From a virus (Duplodnaviria; Caudoviricetes): a stretch of 31,230 nucleotides of DNA. Under the pieces are notes generated by a model, which saw only the letters and a list, made by a program, of their open reading frames with translations, made no database searches and had not been told where the DNA came from. Position 1 is the first letter of the stretch. Each line of letters starts with the position of its first letter. The translations under genes were made by a program, and so were the position numbers. Shown here piece by piece: positions 1 through 8,926 of the stretch. The stretch spans positions 1 through 31,230 of the IMG/VR virus record IMGVR_UViG_3300017766_001325. One strand, 5' to 3'.

Positions 1-123
1 AGGCTATCTATGAGTAGCAATCGCTTTTCACCGATCGACCTTTTTGATTCTGGGATTTTCATTCGATATGAAGAAGTTGATCGAGAAGTAAAAAACTGCG
101 CCTGCGGATGCGGATCGTGCGAT
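1..123 (+). repeat. Terminal direct repeat, left copy (circular overlap)
   Basis: aggctatctatgagtagc...ggatcgtgcgat is identical to 31108-31230. Confidence 0.97.
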
Positions 124-1152
124 GCGAAGAAGTCGCTCTCTGATCTCTGGACGAAGATGATCGAGTCCGACGAGATCGAGCCTCCGCACGTTCTCACGAA
201 GGATCTCGGAAAGGACGCGCTCAAGGAGTTCGACAAGATCACAAAGCGCGAGGATGAACTCGGGAAGAGCGTCGGTCGCATCTTCGATCGACAAGTCAAG
301 GCCGTCCTCGAACGCATTGCGAAGGAGGACGCGCCGACGCAGGAACTCGCCGCAGAAGTGCAATCTCTTCTCGATTCGAAGAAGTGGCGAAAGGACATCG
401 TCGACGCGCTTCGACCGTATCTCGAAGACTCGCTCGCGGCAGGGATCATCCTCGGGAAGACGACGCTTGAGAAGATGAAGGCTCTTCCGGTGAACTTCGA
501 CAAGCACGGCGAGGATCTAAAGGCATACGCTCGAACCGAGTCGATCCGTCTCGCGAATCGCGCGGCAGACTCGACGAATCGTTGGACAGCGGTCAAGTTC
601 TCGAAGGTCATCGGCGACGGAGTCGCGAACGGCGAGACGATTCCAGAAATCGCGGAGCGCGTGAAGACGTGGGCCGTGAAGGACGGAGATGCGGAACGCG
701 CGACGACTCGTCGCGCTCTGACGATCGCTCGCACCGAAGCGCAACGCGCGAGCCGTCGCGCCGAGGTCGAAGCATGGAAGGCATCCGGCGTAGTCAGCGG
801 GAAGACGTGGCTCCTCGCGCCTGATCCTTGCGAGTTCTGCGAGGCCGCGAGTGATGCGTTCTCGAAGAACGCAGTCGGCCTCGAAGAGTCGTTCTACGGT
901 GAAGGCTCGGAGATCATCGGCAAGGACGGAGGAATCATGGTCGCCGATTATGAAGCGATCGACGGGCCTCCGCTGCATCCGAACTGCCGCTGCGCTCTAC
1001 AGCCTCGGCTCGATGACGAGTTCGAAGCAGAAATGCAACAAGCAGAGCGCGAACTCGCCGAAGCGGAAGCAGAGAATCTCCGGCAGATCATCGCGGAGAA
1101 TGCAGAAGAAATTGCAGCGATTGACGCGCAAGTCGAAAGGATCATGCGATGA
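10..1152 (+). CDS. MuF / SPP1 gp7-like minor head morphogenesis protein
   Basis: Contains IARTE, CEFC and PPLHPNCRC motifs. Lies between portal (across the origin) and prohead protease. Confidence 0.92.
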   Translation: MSSNRFSPIDLFDSGIFIRYEEVDREVKNCACGCGSCDAKKSLSDLWTKMIESDEIEPPHVLTKDLGKDALKEFDKITKREDELGKSVGRIFDRQVKAVLERIAKEDAPTQELAAEVQSLLDSKKWRKDIVDALRPYLEDSLAAGIILGKTTLEKMKALPVNFDKHGEDLKAYARTESIRLANRAADSTNRWTAVKFSKVIGDGVANGETIPEIAERVKTWAVKDGDAERATTRRALTIARTEAQRASRRAEVEAWKASGVVSGKTWLLAPDPCEFCEAASDAFSKNAVGLEESFYGEGSEIIGKDGGIMVADYEAIDGPPLHPNCRCALQPRLDDEFEAEMQQAERELAEAEAENLRQIIAENAEEIAAIDAQVERIMR

Positions 1153-1817
1153 ACGATCTCAAGCGGAAGGCACTTGGTGCGGAACTCACTTCGACAGCGA
1201 AGGGATTCACCGCAGTCATCACGGCAGAGACGCTCGATCGCGATGGCGAAGTCTTGATCCCTGCCGGAATGAACTCGAAGGAATTCGAGCAGAATCCGAC
1301 GCTCTTCTGGAATCACGACTACGCAGAGCCAGTCGGGACGACGGTCGGCCTGAAGCGTCGAGAGCGAGACATCGTCGGAGACTTCGTCTTTGCGAAGCGG
1401 CCTGACGGATACTCAGGCGATTTCTTTCCAGAGGTCGCCGCCGCTCTCGTCGGTCAAGGAATCGTCCGCGCTGTCTCGGTCGGATACGTTCCAGAGGCCG
1501 GAGGAGTGCGCCGCGCGACCGACATCGACAAGAAGAAATACGGCGAGGACGTGAAGACGATCTACTCGCGGTGGAAGTTGCTCGAAGTCTCGCTCGCTCC
1601 ATTGCAGGCGAATCCCGAGGCACTCATCACAGCCGTGAAGAAGGGCATTTGCTCTCCTGCTTCCGCGCGGAAATGGTTCGGAATCGAGCCTCCAAAGCGC
1701 ACGGTCGTTTCGATTTCGATTCCGGCGCACTCATCTACAAAGACTGCGCGGTCGATCATGCTCTCTGAAACCGTAGAGCGCGAAATTGCTCGCGCTCGCG
1801 GTCGGCTCTGGCTCTGA
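1149..1817 (+). CDS. HK97-family prohead maturation protease
   Basis: Contains DRDGEV, LFWNHD (His), SVGY (Ser) and LLEVSLAPLQANP motifs. Lies upstream of the capsid gene. Confidence 0.93.
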   Translation: MNDLKRKALGAELTSTAKGFTAVITAETLDRDGEVLIPAGMNSKEFEQNPTLFWNHDYAEPVGTTVGLKRRERDIVGDFVFAKRPDGYSGDFFPEVAAALVGQGIVRAVSVGYVPEAGGVRRATDIDKKKYGEDVKTIYSRWKLLEVSLAPLQANPEALITAVKKGICSPASARKWFGIEPPKRTVVSISIPAHSSTKTARSIMLSETVEREIARARGRLWL

Positions 1818-1904
1818 CGTTCGGCAACGCTCACGGCACTTCGCTTGAAACGCGGCCTCGCTCGGAAGAGAAGAGTTGTCTCTTTGAATTCGAAAGGTAC
1901 AGAC

Positions 1905-3269
1905 ATGAAGACGATGAATCTCGATCAGTTCAAGAACGCGCTTGAGAAGGCCGCTCGCATCAAGGGTGCGGACGGCGTGGCAATGCAGAAGAAACTCATC
2001 CTCGAGGGCTACATGGTCACCGATGCCGAAGGCATGGCGGTTGATCCTGAGATGCTCGATGTGACGATCTCCGCCGCTGCTCCATCGACCGACATGATGA
2101 GCGATGAGGAGAAGGAACAAATCTCGAAGTCGATCCGTCGCGAAGTCGCTTCGCGTCTCGACGCGATGCCGCGCGGCCTCTCGGCTGTCGCCAACGTCGA
2201 CGAAAAGCCATGGGAACGCGCTCGCGTTTACAGCGCAGGCCGCAAGGCTTTCTCCTCGAAGGAGATGGCTTGGAAGTTCGGTACGTGGTGTCTCGCAACT
2301 CTCGGCCACAAGAAGTCGGTCGAGAATTGCAAGAACTTCGGCATCACGATCAAGGCTCACACGGAAGGCGTGAACTCGCAAGGCGGCTTCCTCGTCCCTG
2401 ACGAGATGGCCGCTGAACTCGTCACGCTTCGCGAGCAGTACGGTGTCTTCCGTCGCAACGCGAAGATCTACCGAATGACGAGCGACACGCTCCGCATTCC
2501 TCGCAAGAATACGGGCCTGACGGCGTACTGGGTCGGCGAAGCGATCGCGGCGACCGAGTCGACGATGGGCTTCGACAACGTGCAACTCGTCGCGAAGAAG
2601 TTGACCGCGCTCACGACCGTCTCGAACGAACTCCTCGAAGACTCGGTCATTGACCTCGCGAGCGATGTCGCGAATGAAATCGCGTACCAGTTCGCGTTCA
2701 AGGAAGATGATGCAGGCTTCAACGGCGACGGCACGTCGACCTATGGCGGCGTCGTCGGTCTTACGACTGCGCTCTCGAACGCGACCTATCAAGTCAGCGA
2801 TTCCGGTGCATCGACGGATTACTCAAACATCACCTCGGCGCAAGTTTCGAAAGCATTCGCATTGCTTCCCGCTTGGGCATTCAATCGAAACAACGTCAAG
2901 ATCTTCTGCAACAAGTCGACCTATCACGATGTGTTCGAGCGTCTCGCGTTTGCCGCAGGCGGCGCGACCGCAAGTGAGATCGTGAATGGCATTTCTGCTC
3001 CGAAGTTCTTCGGTACGCCAGTCGAATTCACGCAAGTGATTCCGTACACGCGAACAACTGGCGATTCGGTCGTCGCCTACATCGGCGACCTCGCGCAATC
3101 CTGCTATCTCGGCGATCGTCGATCGACCTCGATCGCGTTCAGCGATTCGGCTCTCAACGCCTTCGAGCAAGATGAGCGCGTCGTTCGTGGCACCGAGCGC
3201 GTGGATATCGTCTGCGCGAACGTCGGATCGTCGTCCGCAACTGGTGGCATCATCAAGTTCACCTTCTGA
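1905..3269 (+). CDS. Major capsid protein, HK97 fold, with N-terminal scaffold/delta domain
   Basis: Contains GGFLVP, AYWVGEA, VSNELLEDS, FNGDG and YIGDL motifs. Start placed at ATG 1905 after AAAGGT. Confidence 0.96.
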   Translation: MKTMNLDQFKNALEKAARIKGADGVAMQKKLILEGYMVTDAEGMAVDPEMLDVTISAAAPSTDMMSDEEKEQISKSIRREVASRLDAMPRGLSAVANVDEKPWERARVYSAGRKAFSSKEMAWKFGTWCLATLGHKKSVENCKNFGITIKAHTEGVNSQGGFLVPDEMAAELVTLREQYGVFRRNAKIYRMTSDTLRIPRKNTGLTAYWVGEAIAATESTMGFDNVQLVAKKLTALTTVSNELLEDSVIDLASDVANEIAYQFAFKEDDAGFNGDGTSTYGGVVGLTTALSNATYQVSDSGASTDYSNITSAQVSKAFALLPAWAFNRNNVKIFCNKSTYHDVFERLAFAAGGATASEIVNGISAPKFFGTPVEFTQVIPYTRTTGDSVVAYIGDLAQSCYLGDRRSTSIAFSDSALNAFEQDERVVRGTERVDIVCANVGSSSATGGIIKFTF

Positions 3270-3288
3270 TTCAAAGGAGAAAACACAC

Positions 3289-3711
3289 ATGAGAAATATC
3301 TCCCGAATCATTTCCGGCGGCGGCAATGGAACGACCGTCACGCAAATCACGTCGACTTTCGACACTCGCGGTTTTTCATACGCGACGATTTCCGTCTTCG
3401 GAATCGCAAGCACGATCACTCCGAGTACTGTGGCAGCGAATCACGTTCTTGAAGAGAGTGATGCTTCCGGTTCAGGATTCGTCGCAATTTCCGGAGCGAC
3501 TCCAAGCCCAATCGCATCGACGACAGCCATCGCGACGAACATCGCAAAGATGGTCTACAACGTCGACCTTCGAGGTCGCAAGCGATATCTCAAGGTGACG
3601 TATACGCCGCACTCCGGCGATGCTCTCCTCGTGACTTGCGACTTGGGCAATGCGGCAGACGGAATCGTTTCCGCGAGCGAGCAAGGCTCCGCTGCGGGAG
3701 CAACGGTCTGA
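3289..3711 (+). CDS. Putative head decoration / minor capsid protein, paralog 1
   Basis: AAAGGAG RBS. Ser/Thr-rich beta-type sequence with DTRGFSYA and LRGRKRYLKV. Directly follows the capsid gene. Confidence 0.7.
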   Translation: MRNISRIISGGGNGTTVTQITSTFDTRGFSYATISVFGIASTITPSTVAANHVLEESDASGSGFVAISGATPSPIASTTAIATNIAKMVYNVDLRGRKRYLKVTYTPHSGDALLVTCDLGNAADGIVSASEQGSAAGATV

Positions 3712-3723
3712 ACTTCTGAATAG

Positions 3724-3751
3724 GGGCCGGGAGGAGAAATCCTCCCGGCCT
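3724..3751 (+). promoter_or_regulatory. GC-rich stem-loop with GAAA tetraloop (attenuator or mRNA stabiliser; no U tract)
   Basis: GGCCGGGAGGA-GAAA-TCCTCCCGGCC, a perfect 11-bp stem. Confidence 0.7.
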
Positions 3752-3770
3752 ACATCACGAAAGGACAAAA

Positions 3771-4193
3771 ATGAATTTTCTTCAGAATGTCAAGATCGTC
3801 ACAGCCGTAGAAAACGGAGGAACGACAACCATCACTGGTTCTGTCGATACTCGCGGTTTCTCTTATGCGATGATCGTGATGGCATCGACAGTCGCCGGAA
3901 CGATTTCGAGCGTTGCAAGCAATACCAAGATCGAGCAGAGCGACGACAACTCGACGTGGGAGGCTATGCCGGGACTCGTGACCGGGACAGACTTCACTCC
4001 TGCGACCGGATCTATCGCGGTCACTCAGCCCAAGATTGTTCTTGGCTTTTCTTTGAAGGGACGCAAGCGATACCTGAAGTTCACCGGAGGCGCAGTTTCC
4101 GCGCGTCACACGGTGACGTTCATGCTCACGAATCCGAATGATGGAGTGGCATCCGCGACGGAGTCAGGCGTGACAAACTTCTTCATGCTTTGA
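3771..4193 (+). CDS. Putative head decoration / minor capsid protein, paralog 2
   Basis: Contains DTRGFSYA and LKGRKRYLKF. Same 140-aa length as paralog 1. AAGGA RBS. Confidence 0.7.
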   Translation: MNFLQNVKIVTAVENGGTTTITGSVDTRGFSYAMIVMASTVAGTISSVASNTKIEQSDDNSTWEAMPGLVTGTDFTPATGSIAVTQPKIVLGFSLKGRKRYLKFTGGAVSARHTVTFMLTNPNDGVASATESGVTNFFML

Positions 4194-4219
4194 AGTTCGA
4201 GCCTCTTTCTTTTTCCGGT

Positions 4220-4244
4220 GGGGAGGCGGCAAATCCGCCTCCCC
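4220..4244 (+). terminator. Probable terminator/stabiliser hairpin ending the capsid transcript
   Basis: GGGGAGGCGG-CAAAT-CCGCCTCCCC followed by TCTAT. Confidence 0.55.
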
Positions 4245-4279
4245 TCTATCATTCCAGAGCCTCACGGCAAGGAGACATC

Positions 4280-5329
4280 ATGGAAGAACTGAAGGACGGC
4301 GCGGACATCGGCTCGGGCTTGACGCAAATTCGCACAGAGGATGCTATTCAATGGCTTCGCTCGATCGCATCGCAACTCAAAGACGGAGCAGAACTCCGGC
4401 TCGAAGTGCCTGATCTTGACGGAGTAGTCAAAGCCTACAACGATGGAGAGCCAGAGACGGAGAAGATGCTCATCGGTGAAGGAGCGAAGTCGCTTTGGAA
4501 TCGCGAGAAACTCTCTCGCGTTCTGAATCTCGCAGGCTTCGAAGTGTCTCGCGGGAAGAATGGTTGGGCATGGAACGAGACGAAGACGAAGATTTCCGTC
4601 GTCGCTAGAAAGTTTGCGCGTCCGTTTCCGAATCGTCCGATGCGAGACATCCATTGCATCATGTCGCTTCCTCGCGTTTGTTGGACAGACACTCAAGGCG
4701 TTCTCCATCATGCGGCGGCCTCGCTTGGCTTTGATGTCACGCGAGCGACTGGTGTCTTCTGGGGGCAATGCCTCGAACGTCTTCTCGAAACTTGCCTCAC
4801 GATGGAAGGCGTGAAGTACGTTCTGACGGTTGACTACGATTCGATCTTCGACGCGGAGGACATCATTCGATTGTGGCAAGTGATGGAAACGCGACCAGAC
4901 GTTGCCGCGCTCTGTCCGCTTCAGATCGGACGCGACAAAGATCTGCCGCTCTTCTCGATCAAGAACGACGACGGAACGCTTCTCAAAGAGATGACGGAAG
5001 ATCGTCTCTACACAGACGCTCTCGAAATGAACACGGGTCACTTCGGCCTGACGCTGATTCGCCTTGATGCAATTCGCGATCTTCCAAGGCCGTTCTTCCT
5101 CGGCGTTCCAAACAAGGAAGGCAACTGGGGAGAAGGCCGCGTCGATGACGACATCCACTTCTGGAATCGTCTCCGCAATGCAGACCGGAAGATTTGCCTT
5201 TGTCCGCGAGTTCGCATCGGTCATCTTCAAAATGTCATCACATGGCCTTCAGAGAATTGCACGGCAATCACGCAATACCTTTCGAAATACCATGAGGACG
5301 GGAGGCCGACCGAATGCATGACATTCTGA
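4280..5329 (+). CDS. Glycosyltransferase (GT-A/GT2-like) with N-terminal class-I methyltransferase-like fragment
   Basis: N-terminus LKDGAELRLEVPDL...LNLAGF resembles the C-terminal half of SAM-dependent methyltransferases. C-terminal part has YVLTVDYD (DxD), HFGLTLIR, DDDIHFW and RIGHL. AAGGAGA RBS. Confidence 0.8.
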   Translation: MEELKDGADIGSGLTQIRTEDAIQWLRSIASQLKDGAELRLEVPDLDGVVKAYNDGEPETEKMLIGEGAKSLWNREKLSRVLNLAGFEVSRGKNGWAWNETKTKISVVARKFARPFPNRPMRDIHCIMSLPRVCWTDTQGVLHHAAASLGFDVTRATGVFWGQCLERLLETCLTMEGVKYVLTVDYDSIFDAEDIIRLWQVMETRPDVAALCPLQIGRDKDLPLFSIKNDDGTLLKEMTEDRLYTDALEMNTGHFGLTLIRLDAIRDLPRPFFLGVPNKEGNWGEGRVDDDIHFWNRLRNADRKICLCPRVRIGHLQNVITWPSENCTAITQYLSKYHEDGRPTECMTF

Positions 5330-5643
5330 TCGTCCTTCGCAACTGTGCGATCCATGAGAACGGAGTCGGTCGGCGCGATCTTCGGCCCGGAACGATCGTG
5401 AATGTGACTCCAGAGGTCGCGAAGATCCTCGTCTCGAAAGGCTACGCGAGACACGTCGTCGAGCCTGCTCCGCTCTTCGTGGATTCGACTCGACTGATTC
5501 AAACGCCGAAGAAGAAGGGAAGGAGAGCCGATGGCAGTAGCAACGAACTCGCTGACGACCTTGACAAGCCTCAAAGCGTATCTCGGCGTGACGACGACGA
5601 CCGACGACGCGCTGATGGAGAGCCTGATCGACCGAGCGAGTGA
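5314..5643 (+). CDS. Small hypothetical head-module protein
   Basis: PGTIVNV...AKILVSKGYA pattern is typical of small proteins preceding head-tail adaptors. GGGAGG upstream. The 3' end overlaps the next gene. Confidence 0.65.
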   Translation: MHDILIVLRNCAIHENGVGRRDLRPGTIVNVTPEVAKILVSKGYARHVVEPAPLFVDSTRLIQTPKKKGRRADGSSNELADDLDKPQSVSRRDDDDRRRADGEPDRPSE

Positions 5644-6346
5644 CTACATTCAGCGATACTGCGCTCGGAACTTCGTCTCTCAGCGATACTACGAGTGGCA
5701 CGACACGTACGGAAACGATCGAGTCGCGCTCCGGCATCATCCGATCGAGAACGTGCGGTTCGTTGGAGTCGGCGGCGACAACGTACTTTCGGTCGTCTCG
5801 AATCTCGCGAGCGATATCGTTTCGACGATCTCGGTGAATGGCGATCACATCCATCTATTCCGAGTCGCATCAAACGGACACGAGACATCGACGACGCTCA
5901 CTTTCGGAAGTCACGACACAGTTGCAGAGATGGCATCTGCGATTTCCGGAACGACTGGCTTCGCGGCGACGACGATCGTAGACACAAAGTCGCACTATCT
6001 GCGGAAACTCGCAGGCATCGACCTCAAGAAGCAGACGGCAATCCTTGAGGCTCCGAACGATGCTCTGACCGACTACGCTGTCGACTACGATCGAGGCATC
6101 ATTTACGGGCCGACGCTCCATCGGTATCGCGGATTCCTCGTCGACTACACAGGCGGATACGCGACGATTCCTTTCGATCTTCAGCAAACGACGATCGAGA
6201 TGGCATCGAAACTCTTCAACTCGAGGAAGCGAGATCCGAGCCTCCAGAGCGAATCGCTCGGTGGATACTCGTACTCGCTTCGATCCGTTTCCGATCTCGA
6301 TGCATCGACGAAGATGGTTCTCGATTCGTATCGGAGGCTTCGATGA
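5531..6346 (+). CDS. Head-tail adaptor (gp6/gp15-like) with internal insertion
   Basis: Contains LKAYLGV...DDALMESLI...YCARNF, YTGGYATIPFDLQQ and SESLGGYSYS. Confidence 0.85.
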   Translation: MAVATNSLTTLTSLKAYLGVTTTTDDALMESLIDRASDYIQRYCARNFVSQRYYEWHDTYGNDRVALRHHPIENVRFVGVGGDNVLSVVSNLASDIVSTISVNGDHIHLFRVASNGHETSTTLTFGSHDTVAEMASAISGTTGFAATTIVDTKSHYLRKLAGIDLKKQTAILEAPNDALTDYAVDYDRGIIYGPTLHRYRGFLVDYTGGYATIPFDLQQTTIEMASKLFNSRKRDPSLQSESLGGYSYSLRSVSDLDASTKMVLDSYRRLR

Positions 6347-6729
6347 GCATCGCGAGCATGATCTCGCAGTTCGGAATCCTCCTTCAAGTTCGCATCCCGG
6401 AATACGCTGTCGCGACGGACGGAAGCGTCACCCGATCGTATGGCCGCGAGTTCGAGGCTCGCGGATTCATTCAACCGAGCGGACAATCGGATCAAGTCTT
6501 CCAAGGCCGAATCAACGGCAGACGCAACGTGACGATCTACTTCGAAGGCGCACTCGATATCTCAGTCGATGCTGAGATTCACGATTCGCTCTTTCTTCCT
6601 GCTCGACAATGGCGAGTCACAGGCACGACGAATCCCGGCGAACTCGGCCAGAGCGGAGCGTCGCAGCATTTGAATATGACCGTCGTCGACGCTGTCGAGA
6701 TCAATCCTGAATACGATGAGGAAGTATGA
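6343..6729 (+). CDS. Probable head closure / stopper protein
   Basis: 128 aa, beta-rich, syntenic position, ATGA overlap with the previous gene. Confidence 0.65.
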   Translation: MSIASMISQFGILLQVRIPEYAVATDGSVTRSYGREFEARGFIQPSGQSDQVFQGRINGRRNVTIYFEGALDISVDAEIHDSLFLPARQWRVTGTTNPGELGQSGASQHLNMTVVDAVEINPEYDEEV

Positions 6730-7211
6730 GCGGCGCGAAGTTCAATCACGACGCGATCCTCGAAACGATGCGAGTCGGCCTCCGCGAAGGGATGAACTTG
6801 TCTCTTGTAAGGGCCGCTCGATTGATGCGCGGTCAACTATCTCATCCGGGACGAGGAACGCTCTATCGAGTTGCACAAGGAAAGGCGAAAGGCCGGAATC
6901 TTCGAGCGCGTGGCTATCATCGCGCATCGTTCCCCGGTCAATCTCCTGCGGCATTGACAGGAAGCCTTCGCGCTTCGTGGAGCGTCGAGACGGTCGGCAA
7001 TCGTCCAGACGGATTCGCGAACATCTTCGAGGACGGACGAGATGTCATCCTTCGATTCGGAAGCAATTTGCCATACGCTCCGATGCTTGAATACGGAACT
7101 CGCCGGATGAAGCCTCGTCCGTATGTGAGGAAGATCCTGCCTCGTCTCGCGGCATTCTCGAAGAAAGACATTGTCTCTGCACTTGAAAGAGCATTCACGA
7201 GGACTCCATGA
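6726..7211 (+). CDS. HK97 gp10-like tail completion/neck protein
   Basis: Contains PAALTGSLRASW and YAPMLEYGTRRMKPRPY. Confidence 0.85.
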   Translation: MSGAKFNHDAILETMRVGLREGMNLSLVRAARLMRGQLSHPGRGTLYRVAQGKAKGRNLRARGYHRASFPGQSPAALTGSLRASWSVETVGNRPDGFANIFEDGRDVILRFGSNLPYAPMLEYGTRRMKPRPYVRKILPRLAAFSKKDIVSALERAFTRTP

Positions 7212-7600
7212 GCAAGGCAATTCTCGACGCGATCAAAGGTCGGCTGTACGCGACGACTGCGCTGACGACCGAACTGACTTCGCGGATTTACTACAACTCC
7301 GCTCCGGCAGACGCGAGGCTTCCGCTCCTTGTCTACACGGCGACCGTGAGGACGACTCCGTTCTTCGGCTCGATCACTCGGCACGAAGTCGAGATCGAGT
7401 TCGCGACTCAGTATGACAATCGCGGAGGCACAGACATCTATATCGTATCGGATGGGCTAGCGACAGCCTTCTCGACTCCGATCGCGGTCACGGGATTCGA
7501 CGCGCTTCGAGGAGTTCGCATCGAGCGCGGTGTGCCATCATTCGCGGATGATGGTTGGACGATGGTAGAGCGGTGGCGTTTCATCGCGCACGACACATAA
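7208..7600 (+). CDS. Tail terminator (gp17/DUF3168-like)
   Basis: Contains RIYYNSAP...LPLLVY. Lies before the tail tube gene. Confidence 0.7.
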   Translation: MSKAILDAIKGRLYATTALTTELTSRIYYNSAPADARLPLLVYTATVRTTPFFGSITRHEVEIEFATQYDNRGGTDIYIVSDGLATAFSTPIAVTGFDALRGVRIERGVPSFADDGWTMVERWRFIAHDT

Positions 7601-7609
7601 GGAAACCAA

Positions 7610-8068
7610 ATGGCAATCGACACCTACGTCATCGGCAACGACGGAAACGTCGCGTACTCGCTGAACTCCGCGACTCAAGTCTTCTTCAAGGTGCAGAGTT
7701 ACGCTGCGACTTTGCAGCGTCCCGTCTCGACTCTGACGGCCTTCGGCGATACGGGACAGCGTAAGCGTCTCGGTATGCTCGATTTGACTGGCTCGCTGAA
7801 TGCTGTCATCGGTATCGATTCGACAGCCGGAACCAGTTCATCGAATACGGCGATCGTTCTCATCTCATCGCAAGATGTGGCAACAACTCGTCCGGCTATC
7901 TCGCTTTCGATTTACGACACGACATCGACGAACGACGCGAAGATCACATCGAATGCCGTCTTCTCCTCGTTTGCGTTCAATTCGTCGAAGACTGGCGATA
8001 CCACCGTCACGGTCAATTTCGAGAACGCTGACGGCGTGGCTCCGGTTGTCACTTGGTTGATTGCATGA
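7610..8068 (+). CDS. Major tail tube protein
   Basis: AAGGA RBS, 152 aa, LTAFGD...LGMLDLTGS pattern, syntenic position. Confidence 0.75.
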   Translation: MAIDTYVIGNDGNVAYSLNSATQVFFKVQSYAATLQRPVSTLTAFGDTGQRKRLGMLDLTGSLNAVIGIDSTAGTSSSNTAIVLISSQDVATTRPAISLSIYDTTSTNDAKITSNAVFSSFAFNSSKTGDTTVTVNFENADGVAPVVTWLIA

Positions 8069-8337
8069 GTCTTTCCGCTTCTGAAGTTATTCCTCTATTC
8101 GGGCCTTCCGATGCAGACTGGATCGTGACGCTTGTCACGAAACAGGGAAGGATCGTCTCGCGCCGAGTCAGTCCGGGAAGGCTCGATGAGGAAACCGCAG
8201 TCAAAGTCGCTATGAACGCTAGCGAGATCGGCATTGCGAATCTTGACTCGTATTCCGTGCGCCGCGCATCCGATCGCTCACTCGTTGCCAACGGCGACGA
8301 GTTTCTCGCACATCTCAAATCGAAGAAGAGGAACTAA
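8065..8337 (+). CDS. Hypothetical protein in tail module
   Basis: ATGA and TAATG translational coupling with both neighbours. Confidence 0.65.
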   Translation: MSLSASEVIPLFGPSDADWIVTLVTKQGRIVSRRVSPGRLDEETAVKVAMNASEIGIANLDSYSVRRASDRSLVANGDEFLAHLKSKKRN

Positions 8338-8711
8338 TGGTTCACCCTTGGAACGAGACGCTTCCTGATGGTCGCGTCGTCACGATTCGGCCTTTGACCG
8401 TTCGTCAGCGTATCGCGCTCACGAACGAACTCGCAGACATTCGAGCAAGCGAAGCGAGGAAGGCGGCAGAGATTGCAGGCCTTCCCGTTTCGCTTCAGGC
8501 CGTCGAGAAGGCCCGTAGGGACGCTCTCGTCGCTTCGTCCCTAGTTCTAGACTGCTACACGCTCGCAGGCTCCTTGCGCGTTCTGTGCGCCGCGAGCGAG
8601 TTCGGCGAGTTGATCGCGGATTCGGTTGACGCGAAGCGATCGACGGAGATCGCGCTCTGTGCGCTCGGATTCGGTGGAGACGATCGAGAAGAGAAGCAAG
8701 CGGGAAACTGA
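8337..8711 (+). CDS. Tail assembly chaperone (lambda gpG-like)
   Basis: Contains VTIRPLTV. Ends in a slippery heptamer upstream of the tape measure gene. Confidence 0.75.
   Translation: MVHPWNETLPDGRVVTIRPLTVRQRIALTNELADIRASEARKAAEIAGLPVSLQAVEKARRDALVASSLVLDCYTLAGSLRVLCAASEFGELIADSVDAKRSTEIALCALGFGGDDREEKQAGN
8702..8708 (+). promoter_or_regulatory. Programmed -1 ribosomal frameshift site
   Basis: G GGA AAC is in frame just before TGA. The -1 frame is open and continuous with ORF 8732-8926. Confidence 0.85.
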
Positions 8712-8731
8712 CCGGGCCTCCGCGCGAGCCG

Positions 8732-8926
8732 ATGCCGCGCGACTATCTCGCGGAGGCGCATCTCATCGCTCGAACTGCCGCAGGCCTCGGGAATCCGCTC
8801 GATCTCACTTGCGCCGAATTCGATCGTCATCTTCTGCTCTGCCTGAAGGGGTACGAATCGAAGACGGATGCGTCGACTGATTCGCGCGACTGGGCGCGAC
8901 GATATGTGGAGCGGAGCATCACATGA
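8732..8926 (+). CDS. Tail assembly chaperone frameshift extension (gpT-like)
   Basis: In the -1 frame of the slippery site, with no RBS of its own. Confidence 0.75.
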   Translation: MPRDYLAEAHLIARTAAGLGNPLDLTCAEFDRHLLLCLKGYESKTDASTDSRDWARRYVERSIT

